NCBI GenBank assembly: GCA_043824255.1
Contig: JBDRTG010000047.1
Span: 32,001-96,000 of the forward strand
Origin: a bacterium
Lineage (GTDB): Bacteria; JAHJDO01
Reading direction: 5' to 3'
Length of the DNA: 64,000 nt
The first letter of the stretch is position 1. Every line of letters begins with the position of its first letter. The position numbers and the translations under genes were made by a program. The notes below the pieces were generated by a model. That model saw only the letters and a program-made list of their open reading frames with translations, was not told the origin of the DNA and made no database searches. Below are positions 40,321-50,172 of the stretch, piece after piece.

Positions 40321-41523
40321 TTATGGTGTATTAAATAAACCCTGTAAAATGAGGGTCGCTGCACCTTGAGCCCCCTTAATATTTTTAAAGTTTGACAAAT
40401 AGACTTCAACGTCTTGTGCCGGTTTCTGAAGAGATCTGTTTCTAACTGTTCTTTTCACAGTACCCAAAGCTATATCTCCTGCTTCTGCAAGTCTACCACC
40501 AATAATTATAACTTTAGGATTAAATATGTTAACAATGTTTGCAATACCTATTCCTAAATTAGTAGAGATTTCTTCAAGGATCTGAGAACATAATTTATCA
40601 CCTCTTTTAGCGTGTTCTATTATTGCTTCAGGTGTTATATCAATATCCCTAACATCTTTTAGAGATGTACTAACCCCTTTGTTTATAAGTTCTGTTATTT
40701 TGCTAATCATTGCATCATCAGAAGCCATTGCTTCCAGACATCCATAATTACCACACTTGCACAAGGGGCCTTTTATATCTATTGTAGTATGTCCAAGTTC
40801 TCCTGCACTATAACCTGTTCCAGAATATAGCTGGTTGTTTAATATGATACCCAAAGATACTCCTTCTCCTGTATCAACAAATAAAAAATCTTTTATGTTC
40901 CTTGCTCTTCCAAACCATTTTTCTGCTAAGGCAAGGCATCTTGTATCATTTTCTATTTTAACCTGAATATTGAATTCGTCTTCTAATATCTGTCCAAGAG
41001 GGATATCCCTGCACCATGCTTTACATATGGAAAAGCTCCATTCACCGGCAGCATTATCAACTAATCCGGGAATCGCTATTCCTATTCCCAAAACATTTTT
41101 CTTATTAATAGAAATCTCTTTTAGTAATCTATCAATTAGTTTTGTTAACTCTTTAATGAAGAAATTCTTATCTTTGCTAAAAGCATTTTTGACTTCCAAT
41201 TTTTCTTCAATATTACCTTCTAGGTCAACTAATGCACCTAAAATTTCATCATATCTTATATAAATTCCTAACACATATTTAGCTTTGGGATTTAATTTTA
41301 AGAGTACTGGCTTTCTTCCTCCACTGGATTCTCCTAGACCCTCCTCATGAACAAAATTTTCTTCCATTAATGAATTGATTATACTTATAACTGTTGCTGG
41401 CCTAACCTTTGTAATTCTAACAATATCTGCTTTTGAGACAGGACCTTTGCTTTTTATAAGATTCAAAATTATATTTTTGTTATGTTCAGCAAGGGAAATC
41501 TTTTGCAATTTAGTTGATCCCAT
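40321..41523 (-). CDS. ROK family transcriptional regulator
   Basis: N-terminal HTH with SSGGRKP, ENDT, GELGH, CKCGNYGCLE. Confidence 0.93.
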   Translation of the reverse strand: MGSTKLQKISLAEHNKNIILNLIKSKGPVSKADIVRITKVRPATVISIINSLMEENFVHEEGLGESSGGRKPVLLKLNPKAKYVLGIYIRYDEILGALVDLEGNIEEKLEVKNAFSKDKNFFIKELTKLIDRLLKEISINKKNVLGIGIAIPGLVDNAAGEWSFSICKAWCRDIPLGQILEDEFNIQVKIENDTRCLALAEKWFGRARNIKDFLFVDTGEGVSLGIILNNQLYSGTGYSAGELGHTTIDIKGPLCKCGNYGCLEAMASDDAMISKITELINKGVSTSLKDVRDIDITPEAIIEHAKRGDKLCSQILEEISTNLGIGIANIVNIFNPKVIIIGGRLAEAGDIALGTVKRTVRNRSLQKPAQDVEVYLSNFKNIKGAQGAATLILQGLFNTP

Positions 41524-41536
41524 TATACATCCTTTT

Positions 41537-41582
41537 CTTACGTTCTGTACTAAAGTTTACAACATTAGAAAAAAGTTGTCAA
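41537..41582 (-). promoter_or_regulatory. Promoter of the ROK cluster with overlapping imperfect palindrome
   Basis: TTGACA(41582-41577)-17nt-TAAACT(41559-41554); CTTACGTTCTGTACTAAAG dyad at 41537-41555. Confidence 0.6.
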
Positions 41583-41638
41583 GAGAAATCCAGATAGATT
41601 ATGGGAAACCTGTCAAACCAAACTAGAAATGTCCTATT

Positions 41639-42883
41639 CTATGCCTGATTTATGAGATGTCTTCTTAGTATGTCTAATGCGGTCTGTGCAGCTTTTTGTT
41701 TAATAATGTCTCTGGTTCCAAAAAACTTGTGTTCTGAGGTATCTACTCCGTTCTGATGCGCAAGCCCGATATAAACCAAGCCTACTGGTTTCTGTGAAGT
41801 TCCGCCTGTTGGTCCGGCTATTCCTGTTACTGAAAGACCGTAATCAGTACCTGAAAGTTCCTTTATCCCTTTTGCCATAGCGCTTGCTGTCTGGGAGCTT
41901 ACCGCTCCGAATTCTTCAATTGTGTGTAAAGAAACATGTAACAATCTGATTTTTGCTTCATTACTATAAGCGATAATAGATTCAATGAAATATGCTGAAC
42001 TTCCAGAGACATTTGTTAGGAGATTAGATATCAACCCTCCAGTGCATGATTCAGCAACAGCAATTGTTTTATTTCGCAGCGTTAAAATAGCTCCAACAAT
42101 TTTCCCCATTGTTTCATCCTCTGCGCCAAACACACAGTCTCCAAGGCAATCTCTTATCTGAGTTTCCACATCTGCTATCAAGGAATCAGCAATACCCTGA
42201 TTGCCAGCCTTTGCAGTTATTTTTATATCCACTTCCGTAGTATGGGCCAGGAATGCAATACATGGATTTGAATATTTTTCTGTAATATGTGTAATTTTTT
42301 CATCAATATCCGATTCTCCAAGACCAAAGGTTCTTAATGTCCGAGATTTAATGACAAGATTTTTACTGTATTTTTTTTTAAGATATTTAGAAACAGTGTG
42401 TTCAAACATTTGTTTTAATTCTCTTGGAACACCAGGAAGTAGAATGATGGTATTTTTGTCTCTTTCAATAATTAAGCCAGGAGCTGTTCCTGTTTCATTA
42501 TTAATAATCATAGATCCTCTGATAATAAGAGCTTGATTGTAATTGTTAGAGGGTATTTCCTTTTTTCTATCCTTAAAGAACCGTTCTATTTTTGAGAGAA
42601 TGCTGGTTTCCAATATCAGGCGGGTTTTCAGAACACCAGAGACAGCTTGTTTAGTTATATCGTCTACAGTTGGCCCTAACCCTCCGGTAACAATAATTAC
42701 TTCTGATCGTTTAATTGCTTCAGAAAGCACTGATTCCAGATGAGGATAGTTATCTCCAACAGATGTCTGGAAACAAGTTTCTATACCCAGTGAGGTAAGT
42801 TTTTCTGCAAGGTATGATGCATTTGTGTTGATAGTGCTACCTGTAAGCAGCTCTGTTCCAACAGTAATAATTTCCGCAGACAT
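41639..42883 (-). CDS. cinA: Competence/damage-inducible protein CinA
   Basis: GTELL.G, GGLGPT.DD, AESCTGG, TGIAGP.GG. Confidence 0.96.
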   Translation of the reverse strand: MSAEIITVGTELLTGSTINTNASYLAEKLTSLGIETCFQTSVGDNYPHLESVLSEAIKRSEVIIVTGGLGPTVDDITKQAVSGVLKTRLILETSILSKIERFFKDRKKEIPSNNYNQALIIRGSMIINNETGTAPGLIIERDKNTIILLPGVPRELKQMFEHTVSKYLKKKYSKNLVIKSRTLRTFGLGESDIDEKITHITEKYSNPCIAFLAHTTEVDIKITAKAGNQGIADSLIADVETQIRDCLGDCVFGAEDETMGKIVGAILTLRNKTIAVAESCTGGLISNLLTNVSGSSAYFIESIIAYSNEAKIRLLHVSLHTIEEFGAVSSQTASAMAKGIKELSGTDYGLSVTGIAGPTGGTSQKPVGLVYIGLAHQNGVDTSEHKFFGTRDIIKQKAAQTALDILRRHLINQA

Positions 42884-42898
42884 TTCAACCTGTAATCT

Positions 42899-43702
42899 TC
42901 ACCTTTCTCCCTTTGTTGCATTTACCATTTGTTTGACATAAGAGGTAATTTCACTAAGGAGGTTTGGCTTATTGAGGTTTTGTTCAATTAACTTAACTAT
43001 TGCACTTCCTATAATCACTCCATCAGCATATGATGCAACTTCTTTTGCTTGCTCTGGCGTAGAGATTCCGAAGCCAACGGAAACTGGCTTTGATGTGAGC
43101 TTTTTAATCCTTAACACATTCTGTTTAATTGTTTTTGACAACATGCCCCTAGCTCCGGTTACGCCAGTAAGGGACACATAATAAATAAATCCTTCTGTCA
43201 TTCTGGCAATATGTTTAATTCTATCATCTGTACTTGTAGGAGCGGCAAGGAGTATTATAGCAAGAGAAGAATTTTTCGTTTTATTATAGATTGGAAAAGC
43301 TTCTTCTGGGGGAAGATCAGGGACAATAACTCCGTCAATACCAGCTTTTATAGAGTCTTTTACAAAATTGTCAATTCCATATCTGAATATTGGATTATAG
43401 TATCCCATCAAGATAATAGGAATACTGCTTTTCTTTCTAATGTTTCTGACAAGGGTTATCACGATTCGGAGAGAAACTCCATTTTTAAGTGCTCTTTCAG
43501 AAGCCTGTTGTATTGTAGGGCCATCTGCAAGTGGATCTGAAAAGGGAACGCCAAGCTCAATAATATCTGCTCCGGCTTTCTTAAATGCGAAAACCAGTTT
43601 CTCTGTTATAGCAATGCTTGGATCACCCGCGGTTATAAAAGGAATGAAAGCCGCTGTATTTGTTCTGGACAGATTAAGAAATACCTTTTCTATTTTGTTC
43701 AC
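42899..43702 (-). CDS. trpA: Tryptophan synthase alpha
   Basis: [22 protein letters not shown]. Confidence 0.97.
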   Translation of the reverse strand: MNKIEKVFLNLSRTNTAAFIPFITAGDPSIAITEKLVFAFKKAGADIIELGVPFSDPLADGPTIQQASERALKNGVSLRIVITLVRNIRKKSSIPIILMGYYNPIFRYGIDNFVKDSIKAGIDGVIVPDLPPEEAFPIYNKTKNSSLAIILLAAPTSTDDRIKHIARMTEGFIYYVSLTGVTGARGMLSKTIKQNVLRIKKLTSKPVSVGFGISTPEQAKEVASYADGVIIGSAIVKLIEQNLNKPNLLSEITSYVKQMVNATKGER

Positions 43703-44889
43703 AATTTTACCCCCAGCACCTTTGCTACTGTGTTTGCATCTTTATCTCCTCTACCGGAAAGACAAATTATAATTATCTTGTTTTTCTTTAGTTTAGGTGC
43801 AAGTTTTTTAACATAAGCAATTGCATGAGCACTCTCCAGCGCAGGAATAATCCCCTCTGTCCTGCAAAGCAGCTTGAATCCCTCCAGAGCCTCTTTATCT
43901 GTAATGGAATGATATTCAGCTCTGCCTGTTTTTTTCAAAAAGCTGTGTTCTGGGCCAACTCCCGGATAATCAAGCCCTGCAGAAATTGAATGTGCTATTT
44001 TTATCTGTCCGTTACCATCTTGTAAGAGATAACTCATACTTCCATGAAGCGTGCCTACTGTTCCTTTTCCCAGTGTTACAGCATGTTTACCTGTTTTAAT
44101 GCCAAGCCCTGCAGCTTCCACACCAATAAGAAAAACTTCCTTGTCGGGTATAAATTGATAGAAAATCCCTATGGAATTACTTCCTCCACCAACACATGCT
44201 ACAATGTAGTCAGGTAATTTTTTCTCAATCCTGAGAATTTGTTTTCTGGTCTCTTTACCAATAATTGTTTGAAAATCCCTCACAATCATTGGATATGGAT
44301 GGGGACCTACAACGGAGCCAATAATATAGTGTGTGGTCCTGACATTTGTAACCCAATCTCTAATTGCCTGATTTGTAGCATCTTTGAGCGTCCTGCTTCC
44401 AGAGGTTACAGGCGTAACTTTTGCTCCAAGGAGCTTCATTTTGAAGACGTTCAAAGCCTGTCTCTGGATATCTTCTGTACCCATAAACACTTCACATTCC
44501 AACCCGAACATACTCGCAGCAGTTGCTGTTGCAACCCCATGTTGTCCTGCGCCAGTTTCTGCGATAATTCTCTTTTTCCCCATTTTTACGGCAAGTAGTA
44601 CTTGTCCCAGAGTATTATTAATCTTATGCGCCCCTGTATGTAGCAAGTCCTCTCTTTTAAGGTATATCTTTGCACCTCCAAGTCTTTTGGTAAGCCTTTG
44701 GGCAAAATATAGAGGTGAAGGCCTCCCTGCATATTCACGCAAGTAGTAGTTTAATTCTTTTTGGAAGCTTTTGTCTTTTTTTGCAGATAAATAGGCTTTT
44801 TCAAGTTCCAAGAGTGCAGGCATAACAGTTTCAGGCACAAATCTACCGCCAAACTCTCCAAAGCGACCATGCTTATCAGGTAATTTCAT
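43699..44889 (-). CDS. trpB: Tryptophan synthase beta
   Basis: [24 protein letters not shown]. Confidence 0.98.
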   Translation of the reverse strand: MKLPDKHGRFGEFGGRFVPETVMPALLELEKAYLSAKKDKSFQKELNYYLREYAGRPSPLYFAQRLTKRLGGAKIYLKREDLLHTGAHKINNTLGQVLLAVKMGKKRIIAETGAGQHGVATATAASMFGLECEVFMGTEDIQRQALNVFKMKLLGAKVTPVTSGSRTLKDATNQAIRDWVTNVRTTHYIIGSVVGPHPYPMIVRDFQTIIGKETRKQILRIEKKLPDYIVACVGGGSNSIGIFYQFIPDKEVFLIGVEAAGLGIKTGKHAVTLGKGTVGTLHGSMSYLLQDGNGQIKIAHSISAGLDYPGVGPEHSFLKKTGRAEYHSITDKEALEGFKLLCRTEGIIPALESAHAIAYVKKLAPKLKKNKIIIICLSGRGDKDANTVAKVLGVKL

Positions 44890-45668
44890 GACTCTTTACC
44901 AATTAATTTCCTTACTTCAGATTCTATGTTATCGCTTCTCATCAATATCTCTCCGACGAGTATAGCATGTATACCACATTTATAAAGTTTTTCGACATTA
45001 TTTCTTGTTTTTATCCCGCTTTCACTTACAACAATCTTATTCTCAGGAACTTCTCCTTTTATTCTGAGACTTGTTTCAATATCAACCTCCAGAGTATCAA
45101 GGTCACGGTTATTTATTCCTATTATTTCTGCATTGCAGGATAAAGCCTGCTCAAGTTCTCTTTCAGAATGAACTTCAACAAGCGCAGCCATTCCAAGTTC
45201 CTTGGCCATAGCAAGATAATCTGCAAGCTGCGATCTCTCAAGTATTCGGACTATTAGGAGAATTGCATCCGCTTTATATGCTCTTGACTCATATATTTGA
45301 TACTCATCTACAATAAAATCTTTTCTCAAAATTGGGACATCAATCACATTTTTAGCCGTACTTAGGTATTTTATCTCTCCCTGAAAGAACTTTTTATCCG
45401 TTAAAACAGAAATTGCATCTACTTTTGCCATTTTATAGGTTTTGGCAATTTTCTCTACAGAAAAATCTTCTTTTATGACTCCTGCGGAAGGAGATGCTTT
45501 CTTAATTTCAGCAATAAGATTCATTTTCCCTTGTTTTGAAATACCTGATACAAAATCTCTGGGTTTATCAGAAGTATCGATTTTTCCCTTAAGCACAATA
45601 ACAGGTTCTTCTATTTTTCTGTTCTTAACTTCCTGCATTTTATTCTCAACTATCTTATCGAGTATCAT
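44886..45668 (-). CDS. trpC: Indole-3-glycerol phosphate synthase
   Basis: [27 protein letters not shown]. Confidence 0.97.
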   Translation of the reverse strand: MILDKIVENKMQEVKNRKIEEPVIVLKGKIDTSDKPRDFVSGISKQGKMNLIAEIKKASPSAGVIKEDFSVEKIAKTYKMAKVDAISVLTDKKFFQGEIKYLSTAKNVIDVPILRKDFIVDEYQIYESRAYKADAILLIVRILERSQLADYLAMAKELGMAALVEVHSERELEQALSCNAEIIGINNRDLDTLEVDIETSLRIKGEVPENKIVVSESGIKTRNNVEKLYKCGIHAILVGEILMRSDNIESEVRKLIGKES

Positions 45669-45674
45669 ATTGAA

Positions 45675-46676
45675 TTAAATAGGCTTTTTTACAAACTGCC
45701 TGATGTATTGAGTAAGATTTTTTGCCATCTCATCCATTCCCTCTGGTGAAGGGTGAACAAGATCGATCATCAGCCCAGAAGAATTTTTTAAAATTTCTCT
45801 TCCGTCAATGTGAATAAGTTTAGGCATATTTAATTTTTCAACCGTCTCTTTAACTATTCTTCTAAATTCATCCTGCTTGGTTGAAGCAGGTTCAAAGTCA
45901 GCATAAAAAGTAAAAATGTCTATGCAGAAAATCCACTTGTCAGAATGAGTAGTAGCAACTTTCTTAATAAAATATTCCGCCCTTTTCTTAAATTCTTTTG
46001 TTTCAAAACTCCCCACCATATTAATTCCCAACTCCAAAGTTGCAAAATCCCAGTCATTTCTTTCAGTAATGTAATCTGCCATCTGGCTTTCGCAATGCGC
46101 TCCTCCACCAAATCCCAAATTAATTAAATCAACCCCTAGAAGTTGCGCAGTTCTCATAGCATAAGTTCCAGTGGGTCTGGAAGCCCTGGATCCATGAGTG
46201 ATTGAAGAACCATAGGCAAGATACTTTGTTTTAGGAGTTTGTTTTTTTGTGGGTAAAGCAAAATCTCCTTCAATCTTTACCATATTCGTAGGAGCAAGGT
46301 AAGGTAGAACTACTCTGGTAAGATAGGAATCAAAAGGGAACTTTTTCTCTTTGGTAATTTTATTCAGAAGTTCCATATTGCCCGGGAGAGAAATAGGAAT
46401 CTCTGTTGGTTCAGGACTGATGATATGTGATACAGCCTTAAACACTCCCTGATAAACCTCTGCAAGATGTGACTCAGATTCAGTTTTCAAAACAATCTTT
46501 CCTGTCTCTGATTTTAGATTAAATCTTATCTCACAACCAGCAGTGAAAAGAGCCCTTAATTTAGCGCCTTCATTTAAAGTAACCCTGAGTTTATCAGGAA
46601 TTCTGGTAAAGCATTTTTCTCCTTCCTGTTCAATTATCTCTGCTACATTATAGAACTCTACATTTTTATAAAACAT
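45675..46676 (-). CDS. SGNH/GDSL hydrolase
   Basis: YGSSITHG, NLGFGG, GIN, DLVHP. Confidence 0.85.
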   Translation of the reverse strand: MFYKNVEFYNVAEIIEQEGEKCFTRIPDKLRVTLNEGAKLRALFTAGCEIRFNLKSETGKIVLKTESESHLAEVYQGVFKAVSHIISPEPTEIPISLPGNMELLNKITKEKKFPFDSYLTRVVLPYLAPTNMVKIEGDFALPTKKQTPKTKYLAYGSSITHGSRASRPTGTYAMRTAQLLGVDLINLGFGGGAHCESQMADYITERNDWDFATLELGINMVGSFETKEFKKRAEYFIKKVATTHSDKWIFCIDIFTFYADFEPASTKQDEFRRIVKETVEKLNMPKLIHIDGREILKNSSGLMIDLVHPSPEGMDEMAKNLTQYIRQFVKKPI

Positions 46677-46759
46677 TTTCTTTCCCCCATTCAACTAATT
46701 TTATATTGAATCCTCAAGCATGGATTTTAAAGATTATAATGTAAATTAGATAGAAAATC

Positions 46760-46805
46760 AAAAAAAGAAAACCCGCCCAACTAACTTCTTTAATTGAACG
46801 GGTTT
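46760..46805 (-). terminator. Rho-independent terminator after the cold-shock gene
   Basis: AAACCCGTTCAATTAA/TTAGTTGGGCGGGTTT stem followed by a T tract. Confidence 0.8.
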
Positions 46806-46842
46806 ATCTATTGGATTTACGACTTAGTCTATAAAAATATTT

Positions 46843-47049
46843 TTATAGCTTTTTTACGTTTCCAGCTCTGTTACGACCTTTATCGTCTTTCTCTATGTCG
46901 AACTCTACAGCATCGTTTTCAGCCAAGGACTTAAATCCTGCGCCCTCAATAGCGGAATGATGCACAAAACAGTCATCACTTCCATCGTCTGGGGTGATGA
47001 ACCCGTAACCTTTTGCGTCATTAAACCACTTTACCTTGCCTTTAGCCAT
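46843..47049 (-). CDS. csp: Cold-shock protein
   Basis: GKVKWFN, KGYGFI (RNP1), FVHHS (RNP2). Confidence 0.97.
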   Translation of the reverse strand: MAKGKVKWFNDAKGYGFITPDDGSDDCFVHHSAIEGAGFKSLAENDAVEFDIEKDDKGRNRAGNVKKL

Positions 47050-47138
47050 CTTTCGAACTCCTTCTTTTGTTTATCCGAGGACAGAACATGAGAGACTATC
47101 GCCTCAATACCACTTTCCTTGTCCTACTAACTTTTTGC

Positions 47139-47166
47139 ATGATAACAATAAAAAAATAAAAGTCAA
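47139..47166 (-). promoter_or_regulatory. Putative csp promoter
   Basis: TTGACT-16nt-TATCAT with extended TG. Confidence 0.55.
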
Positions 47167-48524
47167 GCTATTTTTTTATGCTTCCACGCACCTTTTTTAA
47201 ACCAGCCAGCCATTACTACTCCTTGAACTACACTTGAGATGGCAATTGCCAGCCATATACCATTAGTATTCATATTTAAATTTTTTGATAATAAAAATGC
47301 CAGTGGTATCTGGAATCCAAAAAGAGAGATGCTTGTAATTATAAGCGGGGATAAAGTATCGCCTGCACCCATAAATGCTCTCCCAAGGACTATAGAGGAT
47401 GCCATAAAGATAAATGTAAAAGATAAAAAGCGTAAATATAAGGCCCCTATCCTAATAACTTCGGGATGGGTATTAAAAATGGTGATTATTTCCTTAGCAA
47501 ATATAGCAAATATTATTGTGAATATTATAGCTATAATTCCAAAAAAGCCTGTTGACAACCATGCGCTTTTTTCAGCCCTTTTTGGTCTACTTGCTCCTAA
47601 ATTCTGTCCAACTAATGTTGTAGCGCATTGAGCAAATGCAAAGCCAGGCATCATTACCAACATTAATACTCTCATCCCAATACCATAAGCAGCTATAGCA
47701 AAAGTGCCGAATACAGCTACAATACGCATTAGGATCAAACCCGATATGTTTCTTGCAGACATCTGCAAGGATGCGAAAATACCGGTACGAATCATCCGAA
47801 GCATAATAGAGAGTCTCAATCTTGATTCCTTTATTTTTAAATGGATAATAGAGTGCCCCTTAAAAATCGCACATAGTCCCCATATCATACCTGTTCCTCT
47901 GGCTATAACAGTAGCCAAGGCAGAACCTTTAACTCCCAAAGCAGGAAACCCAAACATTCCAAATATTAATAATGGATCTAAAATAATATTCAATCCTGTA
48001 GAAAGTAACAAAAATTTCATAGGCAAAAAGGCATCCCCTGCTCCACGAAGGATAGCGCTAATCAAAAATAAAAGAAACATAGTGATTGAACCAAGAGACA
48101 ATATCTTGATATAAGATTCCCCTAAAGAAATCACCTCTCCACTTGCACCAAACAAGCTAAGCATAGGTTTTGCCAGAAAATAGCCAGAAATACCAAAAAC
48201 AACAGAACCGATAATACCCATAAAAAGTGATTGAACAGCAACGTCTTCCGCCTCTTTAATATCCTTTGCCCCAATTGCTCTGGCTACCATAGCCGTTGTC
48301 CCAATAGATATACCTATTAAAGCAATCATAATTATTCCAAAGAAGATTCCTCCCATAGCTACTGCAGCGATAGCTTCTGGACCTAATCTGCCAACAAAAA
48401 TCATATCCACAATATTAAACGCATTCTGCAATACCACACTAATCATAATAGGAACAGCTAAGTTCCAAATACTCTTAGAAATACTACCTTCGGTTAAATC
48501 GTTTCTTTCTATCTTAGAATTCAT
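47163..48524 (-). CDS. MATE family transporter
   Basis: LTEGSI, NIVDMIFVG, LNIILDP, GQNLGA; about 12 TM helices. Confidence 0.93.
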   Translation of the reverse strand: MNSKIERNDLTEGSISKSIWNLAVPIMISVVLQNAFNIVDMIFVGRLGPEAIAAVAMGGIFFGIIMIALIGISIGTTAMVARAIGAKDIKEAEDVAVQSLFMGIIGSVVFGISGYFLAKPMLSLFGASGEVISLGESYIKILSLGSITMFLLFLISAILRGAGDAFLPMKFLLLSTGLNIILDPLLIFGMFGFPALGVKGSALATVIARGTGMIWGLCAIFKGHSIIHLKIKESRLRLSIMLRMIRTGIFASLQMSARNISGLILMRIVAVFGTFAIAAYGIGMRVLMLVMMPGFAFAQCATTLVGQNLGASRPKRAEKSAWLSTGFFGIIAIIFTIIFAIFAKEIITIFNTHPEVIRIGALYLRFLSFTFIFMASSIVLGRAFMGAGDTLSPLIITSISLFGFQIPLAFLLSKNLNMNTNGIWLAIAISSVVQGVVMAGWFKKGAWKHKKIA

Positions 48525-48573
48525 AATTAAAAATTAAAGAATTTTAAATTGATTAATAATTGGAAATTGAAAA

Positions 48574-49593
48574 TTAGAAATTCTTGTTCGTCTCTTCTCT
48601 TAATGCATTAAGTTTATTGAGTGCCGCTCCTGAATCTATAGATTTCTCAGCTAATGTTATGCCTTCTCTTATATCTTTGGCTTTTCCTGTTGCTACAAAG
48701 ATATGAGCAGAATTCAGAACAACGATATCTCTCCTTGCCCCTTTTTCACCCTTTAGTATTTTTATAATGATTTTTGCGTTTTCAGCTGCATCGCCGCCCC
48801 TAATATCCTCTTCTTTTCCAATAGACATACCAAAATCTCTAGGATGTATATAATATGTTTTTATCTCTCCATTTTTAAGCTCGCTGATTCTTGTCTTCCC
48901 TGTAATGCTTATCTCATCAAAACCTCCTTCGCCATGTACAACAAACGCACTTTTTGACCCCATATTCTTGAGAACATTTGCTAATTTGTCTGTTAAATTG
49001 GGATTATAAACCCCCAAAACCTGAGATGTCGCATTAGCCGGATTAGTAAGTGGCCCTAAAATATTGAAAATTGTTCTTATTCCTATTTCCCTTCTAGGGC
49101 CAATTGCATATTTCATAGCTTTATGAAAGAGTGGCGCAAACAAGAATCCTATGCCTATATTATTGATGCATTCTTCAACCCTGTTTGGAGGGATATCTAT
49201 GTTTATTCCAAGCTCTTTTATTACATCCGCACTTCCGCATTTGCTGGATACAGATCTGTTGCCGTGTTTTGCAACAATAAGTCCACCCCCTGCAGCCACA
49301 ATTGCTGTTGCTGTAGAAACATTAAACGTATTAGCTTTATCTCCGCCAGTTCCGCACGTATCAACTACATCTAACCCATGCTTGATATGAATTCTTTCCG
49401 CTTTTTCTCTCATCACCTTTGCGCAGCCAGTAATTTCATCCACAGTTTCGCCCTTCATTCTGAGTGCTGTTATAAAAGATGCTATTTGAGAAGCAGTTGC
49501 TTTGCCGTCCATAATTTCTTCCATTATTCCCCGCGCCTCATCTTCTGTAAGATCGCACCCTTCTACAACCTTCTGAATTATTTCTTTAATCAT
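48574..49593 (-). CDS. trpD: Anthranilate phosphoribosyltransferase
   Basis: [23 protein letters not shown]. Confidence 0.97.
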   Translation of the reverse strand: MIKEIIQKVVEGCDLTEDEARGIMEEIMDGKATASQIASFITALRMKGETVDEITGCAKVMREKAERIHIKHGLDVVDTCGTGGDKANTFNVSTATAIVAAGGGLIVAKHGNRSVSSKCGSADVIKELGINIDIPPNRVEECINNIGIGFLFAPLFHKAMKYAIGPRREIGIRTIFNILGPLTNPANATSQVLGVYNPNLTDKLANVLKNMGSKSAFVVHGEGGFDEISITGKTRISELKNGEIKTYYIHPRDFGMSIGKEEDIRGGDAAENAKIIIKILKGEKGARRDIVVLNSAHIFVATGKAKDIREGITLAEKSIDSGAALNKLNALREETNKNF

Positions 49594-49602
49594 AATAGTC
49601 TC

Positions 49603-50172
49603 CTATTTCAGCTTTAAAAAGTTGCCAAGTATTTTTTTGCCTTCCTTAGTGAGGATTGATTCCGGGTGGAACTGAACGCCTTCGACCGGGTATTTTTTAT
49701 GCCTGATTCCCATTATTTCGTTTTGATCAGTCCATGCAGATATCTGGAAGCAGGCAGGGAGAGATTCTTTCTCTATTTCAAGAGAGTGATATCGCGTAGC
49801 TTCGAATGGATTAGAAATATTTTTAAATATTGTGTTACTGTCATGATGAATCATAGAAGTTTTTCCATGCATAAGTCTTTTAGCCCTGACTATTTTCGCT
49901 TCAAAGACTTCCCCAATGCACTGGTGCCCCAGACATACGCCGAGTATTGGAATTTTCTTGTAAAATGATTTGATGACCTCTTTAGAAATGCCTGCTTCTT
50001 TTGGTGTGCATGGACCTGGAGAGATGACTATCTTTTTTAGATTTTTTTTATTTTTTATTTGATTTAGTGTTATTTTGTCATTTCTGTAAATCTCCATGTC
50101 AGCGCCAAGCTCACCGAAATACTGAACTAGATTAAATGTAAAGGAGTCATAATTATCTATTATAAGAATCAA
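49603..50172 (-). CDS. trpG: Anthranilate synthase component II
   Basis: IDNYDSFT, SPGP, GVCLGHQ, QFHPES. Confidence 0.95.
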   Translation of the reverse strand: MILIIDNYDSFTFNLVQYFGELGADMEIYRNDKITLNQIKNKKNLKKIVISPGPCTPKEAGISKEVIKSFYKKIPILGVCLGHQCIGEVFEAKIVRAKRLMHGKTSMIHHDSNTIFKNISNPFEATRYHSLEIEKESLPACFQISAWTDQNEIMGIRHKKYPVEGVQFHPESILTKEGKKILGNFLKLK

